Source: Bigelowiella natans CCMP2755
Taxonomy: Eukaryota; Protista; Cercozoa
Direction of reading: 5' to 3'
DNA: 64,000 nucleotides
Assembly: GCA_000320545.1 (NCBI GenBank)
Contig: ADNK01001280.1
Span: 14,139-78,138 of the forward strand
Shown here: piece by piece, positions 50,781 through 64,000 of the stretch
Layout of the letters: each line of letters starts with the position of its first letter
Numbering within the stretch: position 1 is the stretch's first letter
Made by a program: the position numbers and the translations under genes
Notes under the pieces: model-generated
What the model was told of the DNA's origin: nothing
The model's input: only the letters and a program-made list of their open reading frames with translations
The model's database searches: none

Positions 50781-53588
50781 ATGGAGTCGTGGTCAGTGAT
50801 CGAGAAGGAGTATGAAGATTTCATTTATGACCACATCAAATCGACCAGAGAAGAGGTTGCCGCTTGGATTTTATATTTGTCGATTTTTCATGATTTGGAC
50901 GAATGCTACAATTCCAGATTTTATTCCGAGGCAAGATGAACCTAGTGGTAGGAAAAGGTCACAGCAAAGTTGTATCCAACCAAACAACGATCCTTTTCGT
51001 GTCAAGTTTTTCCGTTGCAACTATAAGAAAAGCAACATTGTTCAACAAGGCGAGTTTGGACCAAAGATTTTCTCTACTGCACCTTGAGGAACTAAAGGTG
51101 TTGAGAAAACCAAAATGGAACAACAATTCCAAAGTTATTGTTCGTTTGCAATTTCCCGATGCAAAGCTAATTGAAGTTGAAGATATTGAGCTCTCGGAGA
51201 TGATCTGCGCCCTTATCCAATCTGTTCTCCGAGTTTGGAAGTCAATCTCCTATGGTTTTCCTGGAGGACGCCAGCCAAGCATCAATGTTCCATCCGAATA
51301 CCTTGTCAATTTTACGGAACCAGAACCTGACGTGTGTGATGGTATTCTTGCGACGTATCTTGCAAGTTGTTGTGAGTACGGTGTCCAAAGTTCTCCTGAA
51401 GTTCTAGAGTATTTTCTGTCTTCATTTTCGGATGACAACCACATGTTTGATCTGGGAGATTGCCTGGGAACGACATTAGACCACGGTTCAAAAAAGGCAT
51501 ATTGTACGCAGCTTGTTCAGATTGCTGCTGGCCTCAAGTTCACAGACTGGTTTGATGAGTTCGTTTGCATCGGATTCCCGATCTTAGATGAAGGACTAAC
51601 TGCTTTCAGTACCATGTACAAACGGGCTGTTGTGACAAATGCTGTGTTGGTACAGTCGGGTGTGCGCGCACCGGGAGCTACTTCTCTCGGAAATGTTCTT
51701 GCTTTGGGCCAGCACAACATCAGATTTCTCAATTTATCAAAAAATCAGATCGGAGATCAGGGATTGAAAATGTTGGTGAAGGGACTGAGTAAGGGAAGAC
51801 GAGTTGTCCCAACGCTTTGCTTCCAAAACTGTGGAATAACTTCAGCTGGGATAAAGTCACTCATGAACTTATTATCCAAGTCGGCATGGATGAGGGAATT
51901 TCGAGCATTGGATATTTCGGACAACCGCATTAAGAAGGATGGCTCTGTCTACATTGCTAATTGGTTGTCTGAGACCTCAGCTACTGCATTACATCTGAAA
52001 AATTGCGAACTAGATACTGAACAGATTTTCCAGGCGATCATCAATAACTCACAATGTGCTCTAGAAGTATTTAACATCTCTGGAAACAAGATAACTAAAA
52101 CTAAAGAAATTCTACTCGCACGTGTTCTTCAATCTACAACAAAGTTGAAAGAAATATCTCTTCGCAAAATTCACATGACAAAAAGGCTCCTTCCCTTAGT
52201 GCTTAGCGCAGCTTTTGAAAACAAAAACAATGCGCGATTGAGCATTGATCTCAGCGAATGCGGTGTAGGAGAGAGCGGCAGTAAAATCATATTGGATTTT
52301 TTCTCGAAAAAAAAAAGAAAATTGCGAGGGACGTTGCCAGTCTCTACGAACATTTCGAGTTTAGATCTAAGTGGAAATGCCCTCGGAGGGAAGGGAATCT
52401 GTAATGTGATTGATGCGTTGCTGGATACTGATATTGAACATCTTGCACTTGACAGAAATTTCCGTTCGTCCTTCTTTAGTTCGACTAATAATTCTGTCGG
52501 AGAGGCGTTGAGGAGATGCATGACTGATTATCCTTCCCTGAAAGGATTCTCAATAGTTGGTGACGATAGCAGCCATCTAGGAAAAATTGCATTCCCGATG
52601 TTGAAAGCCATAGCCAAAAATACCTCCCTTACAAGAATCAATCTAGCATCAAATCGCCTAGGTGATGAAGGACTGAAAATTCTTGCAGGTATGCTTTAAA
52701 TATGATGAACAAATTCCATCGATACATAGTGCCAATGTTCGCATGTTCACCTTGCCATATTTTTGCTCAGATTCAATATCAGAGAACTCTACAATCACAA
52801 GTTTTGACGTAGACCGCAATAAGATTTCCATGACCGGAATGCAGCATTTGGAAAGAATGTGTCAGAAGAATAAATCGCTAACGGATTGGGTTGTACCTAT
52901 GAATGACATTGTTAAGCTTTACAAAAATAGTCAGGATAAGTACATAATTGAAGATCTGCTGCACATTTTTGAAGATTCAATGGATGCAAACGATTCAGCA
53001 AACATGACACTCAATGGATCGTCGTGTCATAATAGGAATAAACCTTCGTTTACGGGATCTATGTCAAATTTGTCCTCGTTGAATGGTGAAGCTTGGCATG
53101 AAAGTGTCATTACAAGGAATCGCAAAGATACACGACAATTTGGAGGATTAAAATCAACCCTGAGATTGAAGAGGCTAATTGCTGGTCAACAAATGATGTC
53201 TTCATCCACCGGTTCAACACACGATGGGGGTGAAACCAAAAGTACAAGAACAAAAGACAATGCTTTTTCTCAGGACCAATGGAAAGCAGCAGATTCTACA
53301 CAAGATTTTATGGAACATAAACGAGACGGTACACGCGCAGCAAAGCAAATTTCCAGAGACCGGAGGGAAGACGACGTGCAAAGAATGAGTGAAGGAAATG
53401 CAGAGGCTAAGATTCTTCCTGTAAGTGAAGAACGCAAGCATGAAAACTCGCCTGCTGTTCTTCCAAGGTCATGGCATTTCGCTGAAGAAGAAGATAGAAC
53501 CGGTCATCCAGATGAGCCTCCGATGGATATGCACATTTCATCTGATGACGATGATGGTGACCATGATGATCCATTAGCTCACGTTTAG
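50781..53588 (+). CDS. CARMIL-like protein (PH-like domain plus ribonuclease-inhibitor-type LRRs)
   Basis: CDGILATYLASCCEYG and AAGLKFTDWF resemble the CARMIL LRR cap. Repeats include LNLSKNQIGDQG, LDISDNRI, LDLSGNALG and INLASNRLGDEG. Confidence 0.72.
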
Positions 53589-53779
53589 TAATCTGACATT
53601 CGACATATTTCACCAAGGACTCAAATGAGCTCAACGCATTCGCTCTTCACTGACACAATTCAATTTGTGTCACGGCACAAAGAAAGAGAGGGAGTCGCCA
53701 TGTAGCTAAGTTTAATTCATTACATGATGCGATGGTAAAAGCGACAAACAAATGGTATAGTGGTGTGATTCGTAACAGA

Positions 53780-55560
53780 TGGTATGGCCCGCACACATGT
53801 GAGCAACAACTACCGAATGCCTTGATCAGAACTTCTGGATTTCACCACACTACATCTAGTACATGCATGCCATGCTAGCATGGTGTGATCATGGAATGAC
53901 AAACACTGACTCGCACTGCCTGGCTAACTTTGCTCGGCGAATCTAGGAATCATGCGCAATGTGAGATGTGGCATGATTGGCATGCACCGGCTAGCTAGCT
54001 AGCTCAACAATCTAGCATGTGATGGTCATCATTTGTGTCATGCATGCTGGCATGCTAGCATGCACGGCTTTTGTGCACACAGCTATGCCACTAGATCAAG
54101 ATGTGTGCATGTGTTGAATGCTGAGTGTCATGCTAGCATGTGATCTCATGTGCTAGTGCGGTGTGGCATGCCATCTAGCCATGCTACACGACGTTGTTCC
54201 ATGGTGTTCTGGTGTTGTGTGCTGGTGTGTCACTGCGTCACCCAAGCACGCACACGCTAGCACGTCATGGACCAAGCTAGCAAGCGTGGTGCGCATCGTG
54301 ACGCCGACTTGTCCAGTTGTCTAGTTGTGTCTGCATCATTCGCATCGCCTGCATCTAGATGCACATGCTGGCATGCTGGCATGGCAGAAGGAGATGCACA
54401 GGTCACTAGGCCAGCATGGAGACTTGCAAGTCCACACCTAGACACGCGTGTGCGCGCAAGTGAACACATGTCTAGATGTGCCCATGCTTCATGTGCACTG
54501 TGAAAAGCACGTGTGCTCTTTTCATGTCCACACATGCACCAAACAAGTTGCGACACGTGTGCCAACAAAAGCAGTCGACGCAACATGGCATGTCACAGAC
54601 AGCATGCAGACACGTGTAGGGACTTGTGAGGCGTCCATGCTGGCATGCACTGGCAGGGCGCATGTTGCCAGATCTGGAGTGTCTGGACATGCACGTCTAG
54701 ACGTGCCCCGTCAGCTGTGTGCATGATGATTGTGACACAATCAAAGGCTGTCCGCCAGCTAGCTGTCTGCAGCTGTGCGCATGGCATGACACTTGACCAT
54801 ATGTCGACATTGCACTTGTCACAACACCCGGCCCATTGCTAGACAGCTTGCTAGCTTGGGTGCAGCGTGTGCTCACTCTGGAGTGCACATCGCCCTCGTC
54901 AGCGCCAGAGCGGCGTGTGCCAATGGGGATGTGCCGAGCACGCATTTGCTCTCAGCTGACGAGTTGAGAGACGTGGCCTGCCGACAGGAGGTTCCCGTGC
55001 CTGCTTTGCGCGGGGCCTGTCGAGACAGCGATCCACGATTTTTGTCGTCCTGTGTTGGCGGATTTGGAGTGACAAGCGCTAGAGCGTGAGATGTGTGTCG
55101 GCTGCCTGCTGCCTTGCTGGCTTGCACCTGAATGATGGACACAGCGACACAATGATGCACATCACTAGATCACATTGCGTTGTCCACAATCCACAATGCA
55201 ATCTGCAATGAACATTTGTCCTTTGTTTTGCGTGTCGTGTGCAGCAAATGAACATTCGATGTGAAAGGAATGATGATGTGCGCGCATGCTGGTAGCACTA
55301 CTAGCTCTAAAGCTAGCTAGCTAGATTGGAGCAGTTGAGAGTGCCTCTTCAATATTGGGGAGTTTTACAATGGACATGCATGCATGGTGATGCAATGCAC
55401 ATCATCTAGATCATGTGCATGCTAGCATGCGTCACATCAAGTTCTACCGTTGTCTGCAATTTAATATCCAGCTCGCAATGCAATCACATGTGATGGCATG
55501 CACGAGCAATCGCATGGCTCCCCCAGTGCAAATGTAAAAATGGTAACAACGATGATTGCG
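53780..55560. other. TpA-erased, CTAG-rich island between the convergent CARMIL-like and COMMD genes
   Basis: The core 54187-55290 has 13 CTAG versus 2 other TA (54617, 54800) by manual count. Confidence 0.9.
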
Positions 55561-55681
55561 TGGCTACCATTAAGAGAGTGAGCAGGATTGACGTAGTGCA
55601 GTATAATCTGTGATACACTGTACGTGTGTCCGTATGCGTTACTGAAATGTATTCATTGGAAATAATCTTGCTTCCTCTTTC

Positions 55682-57032
55682 TTATGATTCGTCGCCATGC
55701 GTCAAATTACGAACAATCTGTATCATGATTTTTTAATAAAAATCAATTAAAGAAAGAATGTATTTTTTATTTGCATGTCAATTTGACTCCCTTACACATA
55801 TCAAGTGCACATATAAATACAATGTACATCTAAAATATAACCATGCACACATAAATAAATAGCATAAATTTACCTTGTTTGCCGCCACGCATTTAGAAAG
55901 GAGTTTATCGAGTGAAAGTGCATCCAGCTCCAATATCGTTGACGTTTGATAACCATCTGAATTTTTTACCTTAAGATCTAGAATCACAACTGATTCATTA
56001 ATCTCCGCCAATTTGTTTGACGCCAAGACTCTCTGGTGTAGAATAAATTAGAGACACGAAATGAGATAAGTATGATATTCACATTGCCAAGAGAAGCAAG
56101 AAAAGTTGATTTGGAAACATACATGTTTTATATCCGTGAAGCCAGAAAAACAACGGTCGTACAGTTAGTCAATCAGTCAGTGACACAGTGAGGCAAAACG
56201 GTCAGACTGCAGTTAGTCAACCAGTCAGCAACACAGTGGGGCACGCCATTACTATTACGAGCGCATCTTTTCATTCTGACTACTACTACCACTATTACTA
56301 CTCCTGCTGCCGCTGCTGTGCTCTGCTACACTACTTATTGCCAGTAAAGCCTTTTACCTTAAGGGACCAGTCAAAGTCCTTGAGAGTGGATGGAAATATA
56401 GCAGAGGCTGCCTCCACCAAACTATTCTTTATTTCAGACCTTCGTCCCTCTAGGACAGAAACAAATGCTTTTTGTGCCTCTTCACTCACTTCTGCTTCCA
56501 CAAGCATGCTTAAGATCTGACAATAGAGAGCAATTATTGGACATCAAATCATGGTTGTTGTCTGAAGGGCAAAGTCATTAGTCTATGTTGTAATATCACA
56601 TAGAACACCGTTTGCTGCTTGCTGACCAACCAACCTACCTCTTTTGCCTCAATGTCGTTTCCAACGGCGTATTTAAACGCTTTATTGCAATACTGAGATA
56701 ATTCATGATGCACGTTTGTGCTCTTTGCTAATTGATGACCACCAGTTTGCCCTCCGCACAAGGTGTCCACAGATTGATGGAGAACCTAATGATACATTGC
56801 CCACATTCAACTCAACAACGTCGCTCTGGACCATTAGACCATCATTCGTTTACGAGACAAACATGTAAATCAAACGGAATCAGATATCTTTCCCTAAGCC
56901 ATATGAATAATGCTAGTTTTTGATTGTTGGTGAGATTCAATCATCGTACGATGTGTTGACCTGCTTAAGATCTCCGCCATCCAACTTTGAGACGAGCCGG
57001 CCTAGATACTTGAAGTCCGGCTTGTCCTCCAT
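55682..57032 (-). CDS. COMM domain-containing protein (COMMD8-like), multi-exon
   Basis: LKDFDWSLK spliced to VLASNKLAEINESVVILDLKV...ILELDALSLDKLLSKCVAANK. VDTLCGG lies near the N-terminus. Confidence 0.82.
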
Positions 57033-59994
57033 GACTCGTTATTCTTCTGTGTATCTCTTGCTGCTTCTCTTCTTAATTATTTGGTTAACAAGTGGCCAAG
57101 ATGCAGTTGTGATCTATCTGTTCCTCGTGGCGATGATGATGATGATGAGATGTGATGATGCACAAGCTCCTTGAATAACAATTGAGGACCTAGAAGAAGA
57201 TATCTCTTTTGTGAACGAATGAAGAAATAGTGCAGTATCACATTTAGAAAATAATTTAAACCAGATATATCATAATATTTAACTTCATTTTGAATTATTG
57301 TCCTGTGTGTTGTTTTCTGTCTGTGATGATACAGCAATGATGATGATGACAGACAAAAGTATCTTCACGCAAAAACGAATCTTAAATATTATTACACAGA
57401 AAACAGGGTGGTTTTTTGTAGAAGCGACATGCATTTAGTGATGTCTCATTATTATTATTATTATTATTATTATGATTATTGTTGTTACTATTGTTGTTAT
57501 TGTTAGATCTAACATAGACTACTTTTTGTCGTTGTTCTTCTGTGAGGAGGGAGGAGACCACAGACACCGTCATCTATCTGCTTCCGAGAGAAGGAGCAGG
57601 AGCAGGAGGAGGAGGAGGAGGAGGAGGAGGCGGGCAACAAGTCAGTGTGGGGAGCATGCATCGACTGCCTACAACTACCTCTACAGTTTCAAAAGCTGCA
57701 CTGCTAACTTTAGTAATTATAATTATCGTTGATCGCCCCTCCTCTTCCCCCTCGTCCTCCTTAACCAGTATCAGCAGCAGCAGAAGCTTGTTCCAAAGCA
57801 GATGGAAAAGAAAAGCAACTATAGGAATCGTAGTTTCGTCATCGCCCACAGCTCCTCTTCGTGGTGATGATGGTGGTGGTGGTGGTAGTGGTGTTGCTAA
57901 TACATACAAGTCCCCTAGAATTCCTACTATTCCTCCCCTTCCTCCAGCTTTCAACTTCAAGCTCGGAGGGACATCCTCAGCATCAACAGTAGGAACAATG
58001 TTTCACTCAAATCCATGGTTCTTAAGGAAAGAAGTAGGGAACGATAATAGAGTCAGCACTGGTTGTAAGACTGGAAGAGGAGCAGGAAGAATATCAGTAT
58101 CAGCCCGTTGTGGCAATAAAAATTGGTGTTGTGGTGGTGTTACAGCTTCTGCTGCTGCTGCTGCCTCTACCTTATCGTCATCGCCTACGAATACTACATG
58201 TGCCATCCCCATATTCCAAAAAAGTAATGACGGTGATAGTATTGGCGGGTGGTTCAACGCCGTCAATTTTGATTGCAGGATTATGATACAAAATTTGAGG
58301 TATTTATAATACTTATGACTTCATAGTATTAGTATTCAAATATTGCTTCACAACATGGATGATGGTGTTGATAGTAACATACACAAGTTTACATTCTTCT
58401 CTCTCATTCATGAGTGATTTACTCGTCATCATATTGCTTCCTCGCTTCTTCAAATGCTGCTATCATTCTATCGCCAGGTTTGAAACTGAGGTTCGCCTTT
58501 CTCAAGTATTGCGTACGGTTTTCGCATATCTTCCACTGCTGTCATTTGGAATCGCTATATGGGCAGCTCTACTTACTCTCAAAGCTATTTCTCATACAAT
58601 AATTATGGATACCCTAAAATCGGGAAATGGTCCTCATTATTTCTCACCAATCTGCAGTATCATTACATATTATTCGTTGGTAACAGTCGCGACATTATCC
58701 CTTTTCATTCCATCCTTGAAGCTTCTCTCACAAGTAGTAATCATATTTTGATTCAGAATACATCGACACCACTTTTTTGTTAAGTAGGAATACTACATTT
58801 TGACGTTTGATGTGGATGAACGTGGAGAATCGATTTGATAGATAGATAGATAGCACTACGTTTTTTGGTAAAGATCCCTGAAGACTGTATTTTCATCATC
58901 ATCATCATCATAATCATCATCATCATTATCATCATCACATTATTATTTCTCCTTTATTTTCTGATGTAACATACACACTGCTGTTGATGAATTAACATCA
59001 GCTAGCAATGCCTATTGCCGCATCATCCAGCGTCTTCAGCCCCCGCATTCTTCAGATCTCCCGGACCAAAGCAGCATGCTCATGGAAAGTCATAAACAAT
59101 GTATATTGTTGGTTAGTGGTAGGAGGTCGTGGTGGCGGTGGTTGTACATGTTGATGAGAATACGTATGAAGTATTTGATATTGCTGGGTATATGTAGCAA
59201 GCCTTTGATATTGCTGTCCCCTTCCTGGAACACTACGCAGGAACTATTTGAGTGCTCTCCCCCTCCTATTCCTACAGTAACAAACTTCCCAACCCACTTT
59301 CAGGCTCGGCTAGAGGGGAGGAGGACGTTAGAGATTCTACCTGTACATCGAGCTCTTGGATTGATGTTTTTGGTAATTATGTTGGAGCATCGATGTGCTT
59401 CAAGACATTTGGCAGGAATGGTGCTGAAACATGAGCTATTGGTTGAATTTCTTGGGTATATCACGGCAAGGTCAAGGTGGTATAAAATAAAATAAATATA
59501 AATAATGATTTCCCTAGTGTTGAACTGTAGTATTATAACATAAGTCTTATTTATGTGTGTTTGTGTGTGTGTGTGTGTGTATTTGTATGTATGATATCAC
59601 AGCAAGCTTTCAGATTGGTGGCATATAAGAAGCGAGAAGAGCTTGTATCTCCTCAGCCAACATATTGTAACACCATTATCAACGGCAGTCGTAGCCAGCA
59701 ATGGTGGAAGAAGGAGGAGTACATGGTGGAGGTGGAAGAGGAAGAGAATAATGTGCTTTTGGACATCTGATAAATATCAACAAACTGAGACGGTAGCAGT
59801 AATAGAACTCATCATTGATAGAGCACATATGATGGTTTTTGGAGCATTATCTCTCTCTTCTGCATTGTAGTCCACGCTACATGTAAATATGATGATAAGG
59901 ATAATAATGGTGATAATGATCATCATCATGATGACAACCATTACAAAACGTTATCAACTGCACAGATGAGATAAATGGACAAATGTACACCACG

Positions 59995-60029
<35 letters not shown>

Positions 60030-60030
60030 A

Positions 60031-60067
<37 letters not shown>

Positions 60068-60680
60068 TCCATATGAAATTCTATGTCATAAAATTAAGAC
60101 TGGAAGAAACTCTAGGGAAAAGATATATGTCAATACGCTGATCAAGAAAGCAGCAACAGCAGCAGATTTTCAACTGGTTCGGAGAAAGCAGCCTGAAGAA
60201 TTAACAATAATAAAGAGGTTATTTGTATATTTCATAAGTTTCGCATTCTTGAACAAGATAAAAATGATGAAAAGAATGATCATGTCATGGAAATAAAGAG
60301 GATGAGGAAAATGCTCTTATTTTTTCGAATTGAGAATAAGTTGAGTAACATTTTTAACGCATTTAAATGAATACGCAAAGATTGTATACAGTATGTATGC
60401 GTGTGTGTGTAAGTCGTTATTATCATGAGAAGGATGGTACTACAAAGGCGGGGAAGAAGGGCCCTTATACTGGATTCTGAATCTGCATTGACGTCAAAAT
60501 CTTTAGTTGAAATTGGGTAGGTAGATCATGATAATTATAATAATACTACAATGCGTCATAATAACAACGCCATAATATGTAAAGACTATAGACAATTTCT
60601 AAGCTCGTTGGTAGCAGTAGTAGTAGTAATAGTAGTGCAAGGCGTACGTAACATTTTAAAGCTGAGTTTGTGTGATATCT

Positions 60681-60711
<31 letters not shown>

Positions 60712-61161
60712 GCAACAACAATAACAACGCTATTTTTGCTAATTCTACAATGGAGATCAAATTCTTGATTCATTTTCTTCTTAATCGTCTTCTTTTTTCT
60801 TCTATCCTCCCTCCTCCTGAATATGATCAGATATTCACCAAAACACATCCTAGTTCCTAACCTTCATACACATGTTGCTGAAGGTAGCAGTTGTAGAAGT
60901 AGTAGTAGTTGTAATTAAATCTATTTAGTGATTGTGATGGTAGTACTGATCTCATGAGAAACAGAATAAATAAAGATAATTATGATAATGATGATGATAA
61001 TGATCATAGAATTTTTTTGGCATCTATCGGTGCTGGGAGGAGGAAATACATACACGCTTATTGTAGGTGGGAGGGGATGTGCAGGTCGGTGGGTGGGTGT
61101 TTTTATTTCATAACATAGTTCATACACAGAGGTTACTAATCACATCGTCAATAATTGATTT

Positions 61162-61273
61162 ATGTGCATCTTAGCTCTTCAACGACGCCGGTTCCAGCGA
61201 TATAATGAAGATTTATCTGGAAATAATACGACAAAGTCTAGCGAGGATGATACTCCTACTTCTTTACATTTCT

Positions 61274-61307
<34 letters not shown>

Positions 61308-62117
61308 GTCTGAAAAGAAGAATGACTACAACATCTCCCGTGAAGGTCCCATAACGGCATGGCCAGGAAAAATAGAGAGTTTCATATCTTCCAGATATAA
61401 ATTCGATATGCCGTTTGACCTCATATTCCTTGATATGACGTCATCTCTACCACCAAACTTAGGAGTTCTCAAGAACATGTATATCTAGTAGTAGTAGTAG
61501 TAGAAGAAGAAGAAGAAGAAGAAGAAGGTGAAAAACTAGCACAACTGGGAAAAATAGTAGTTTTTGCTTTGTTGTTGTTTTAGCAGTAACCTTTTAAGCA
61601 GAAGTGGGTAGCAGCATTGAAGAAGAAGAAGAAGAAAAAGAATCAGTAGTAGTAAAAGAAGAACAAGAAGGGGAGTGTACATATACCTAACATATAGTTT
61701 GTTGTTTGATACTGCAATAGATTTTCGAATCATCTTGTCACAGATGGAAGCGTTCTTGCTATGACATTTTCTACAAGGGGGGAGGGGAGAGGAGGTGGAG
61801 GAGGAGGGGTGAAATGTGAGGAGGAGGTTGAAGGGGGGCGGGAACAAGCTCCTTCACCTCAATATAGTCGCGCTGAAGCAGCCTTCTTGTGCATAGACAC
61901 CCTCGTTACTGCAGCGAAACAAAATGGTTACAGGATCGAGGGTGTTCCATGGCCACAGCTGCTGGTGGAAGAAGGGCAGACGACACAAAGTCAAAGCAGC
62001 AACCAAAACTACGACGATGATGACGACGACGACGACATCAACAATAATAAGAGAAGTGCTAATGCCAAAAAGAAATGGACGAGAAGTACTTCCTCAATGT
62101 GGTAATATATGGTATGA

Positions 62118-62150
<33 letters not shown>

Positions 62151-62356
62151 CTGTGTGTTCACTTGTTGAGGTCCATATTCAAATTTGATAGGAAGAGGAA
62201 GAAGAAGTCTGAGTTAGGATCTTATCGTTACTACTACCAGGATCATCATCAAAATAGTCATGGTGCTTTCAGTACTGCAAAGCAGAGTACTATCTAATCA
62301 TCAACCTAGCGGACAATCCACTACAACAACAACCTAACACAATCCACAACTATAGC

Positions 62357-62393
<37 letters not shown>

Positions 62394-62647
62394 ATGTATC
62401 ATTTAATATCTTTTGGATGACGAAATCCAAAAATAGAAAGCAAGAGAAGCTTGTCCGAGAGCTTGAGACGCAGAGACTTCTTGGCAATTTTAGAGAATCT
62501 CGAATGGTGATGTGTGTTGTGTCTTCGTGTATGTATGTATGTATATATGTATGTGTTTGTATGTGTTTGCGTTTTTATGTGTTTATATGTATTAGTATGT
62601 TCCATGTGTATTTAATCTCAATACCTCAAATAAATCATGTATTAAAT

Positions 62648-62700
<53 letters not shown>

Positions 62701-63191
62701 CTATATACATACCTGTTTTTGATAAAAAGTTTATAGTTGATTCGGCGTTTAACAGATTCACTGTTTTTCTTATAAACATCAGGATCGTCGTAGAGGAGAA
62801 AAGACGTTTAAACAAGCAGTATAACGAAGATAATTCACCCTTACCATCATCATCTTCGTCGTCATCGTCACCGTCATCCTACACTTCTCCTTACTCCACA
62901 AGGCTTCTTAAGTCAATTGAAAAGACCACTTCACGTGTTCGAAACGTCGTGGGCAAAGCACCTTATCGACGTGAAGTAATGAAAGGTGCCATTTGGTATG
63001 AAAAAGCTCCATATATCCTTGGTGTTCTCGCTAGTGCTGCTGCTACTGATAATGATGCAAGGTTTGTGTTAGTGTAGTATTATCCTTGATATTAGTATAG
63101 ATCAATTAAAATCGAGAGATAAAAGAGGGGGGTGGCCACGAAGGAGGAGCAATACGTACATGTATGACTCCTACACAGTGTTCGAATTGCA

Positions 63192-63225
<34 letters not shown>

Positions 63226-63548
63226 CGTGTGCGTGTGTATCGCAATGACCATCTACTAAACTTCACAAAAATGGTAATTGCAGTGGCAAAGTGCCGGACA
63301 AAGATGCAAAAGCACTCATTCAGCTCGCTAGAAATGTTGAGGATCTTCAGAAAAAGAATGACGAAGATGCACCATCTACCACTGCCACGGTGAGCAGCTT
63401 CACAGGGACAAGAAACGACAACAGTGCACAATGTGATGTCAACACCATTGCCGATGACGAATCTGATGGAGCACAGACAATAGAAAATTGCATGTACCTC
63501 TACAAAGGGCAAATGATGTTTGTTGTAGTTTCCGTTGCATTGATGTGA
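61162..63548 (+). CDS. Fragmentary multi-exon gene, possibly class I methyltransferase-like
   Basis: Exon-like segments PFDLIFLDMTSSL, MTFSTRG, IDTLVTAAKQNGY and MYLYKGQMMFVVV, interrupted by microsatellites. The exon structure was not resolved. Confidence 0.3.
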
Positions 63549-63908
63549 GACTTGATGAACAACAACAATCGATTTCAAGAGTGCAGTTCAGAGTGCCATG
63601 AACGCACCGCATTTCATGTTGCGCGATTGAAAACAAACACACATTGAACATGCCAACAATTGTGATGTTTCACATACTGCAATGAAAGCAACAGCAACAC
63701 ACCTGTCAAACGCATGAACGTTTCGTTCTCTGTGTCAAAACACACGCCGAGTCTCAAATTACGTGCTCGACTTACAAATCTCCAGATTTCACATTGCAAA
63801 ACAAACGACTTTCGACGTTTGATGCGACCCCGGGTCAGGTTCAAGGGATGGGGTCAATTTGCAAATGCGGTTCTGTTCTTGCACACCTTGCCCAAAAAAT
63901 GCAACAAT

Positions 63909-64000
63909 GGGTTAGGGTTAGGGTTAGGGTTAGGGTTAGGGTTAGGGTTAGGGTTAGGGTTAGGGTTAGGGTTAGGGTTAGGGTTAGGGTTAGGGTTAGG
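63909..64000 (+). repeat. Telomeric repeat (TTAGGG)n, chromosome end
   Basis: About 15 perfect GGGTTA units run to the end of the window. Confidence 0.98.

Noticed and set aside
57500-59900. Possible gene (Pro-rich minus-strand segments, hydrophobic plus-strand ORF 58359-58751)
   Set aside because: Strand, exon structure and homology could not be established.

Overview
Terminal 64 kb of a eukaryotic nuclear chromosome, ending in (TTAGGG)n. The spliceosomal introns, a plastid rps20 with a bipartite-looking presequence, and rotatin suggest a flagellated alga with a secondary plastid (chlorarachniophyte-like; this is inference). Genes: a JmjC (NO66/RIOX-like) oxygenase, rotatin, an UNC-93-like transporter, rps16, rps20, a RING protein, a secreted protein, Maf, U2A', CCT5, a CARMIL-like LRR protein and a COMMD protein. 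There is one apparently intact, very recent Ty3/gypsy LTR retrotransposon. Its Pol ends in a Dam/DIRS-type adenine-methyltransferase-like domain, and its frameshift falls after the protease. The main signal is a set of kb-scale intergenic islands, downstream of gene 3' ends and at every convergent junction I could resolve. In the strongest of these TpA is almost completely erased (TA to TG/CA) except inside CTAG, while CpG is kept. This looks like a targeted 'reverse-RIP' A:T to G:C hypermutation process. Repeat copies with TG opposite CA at the same aligned position support the direction. All counts were made by eye.
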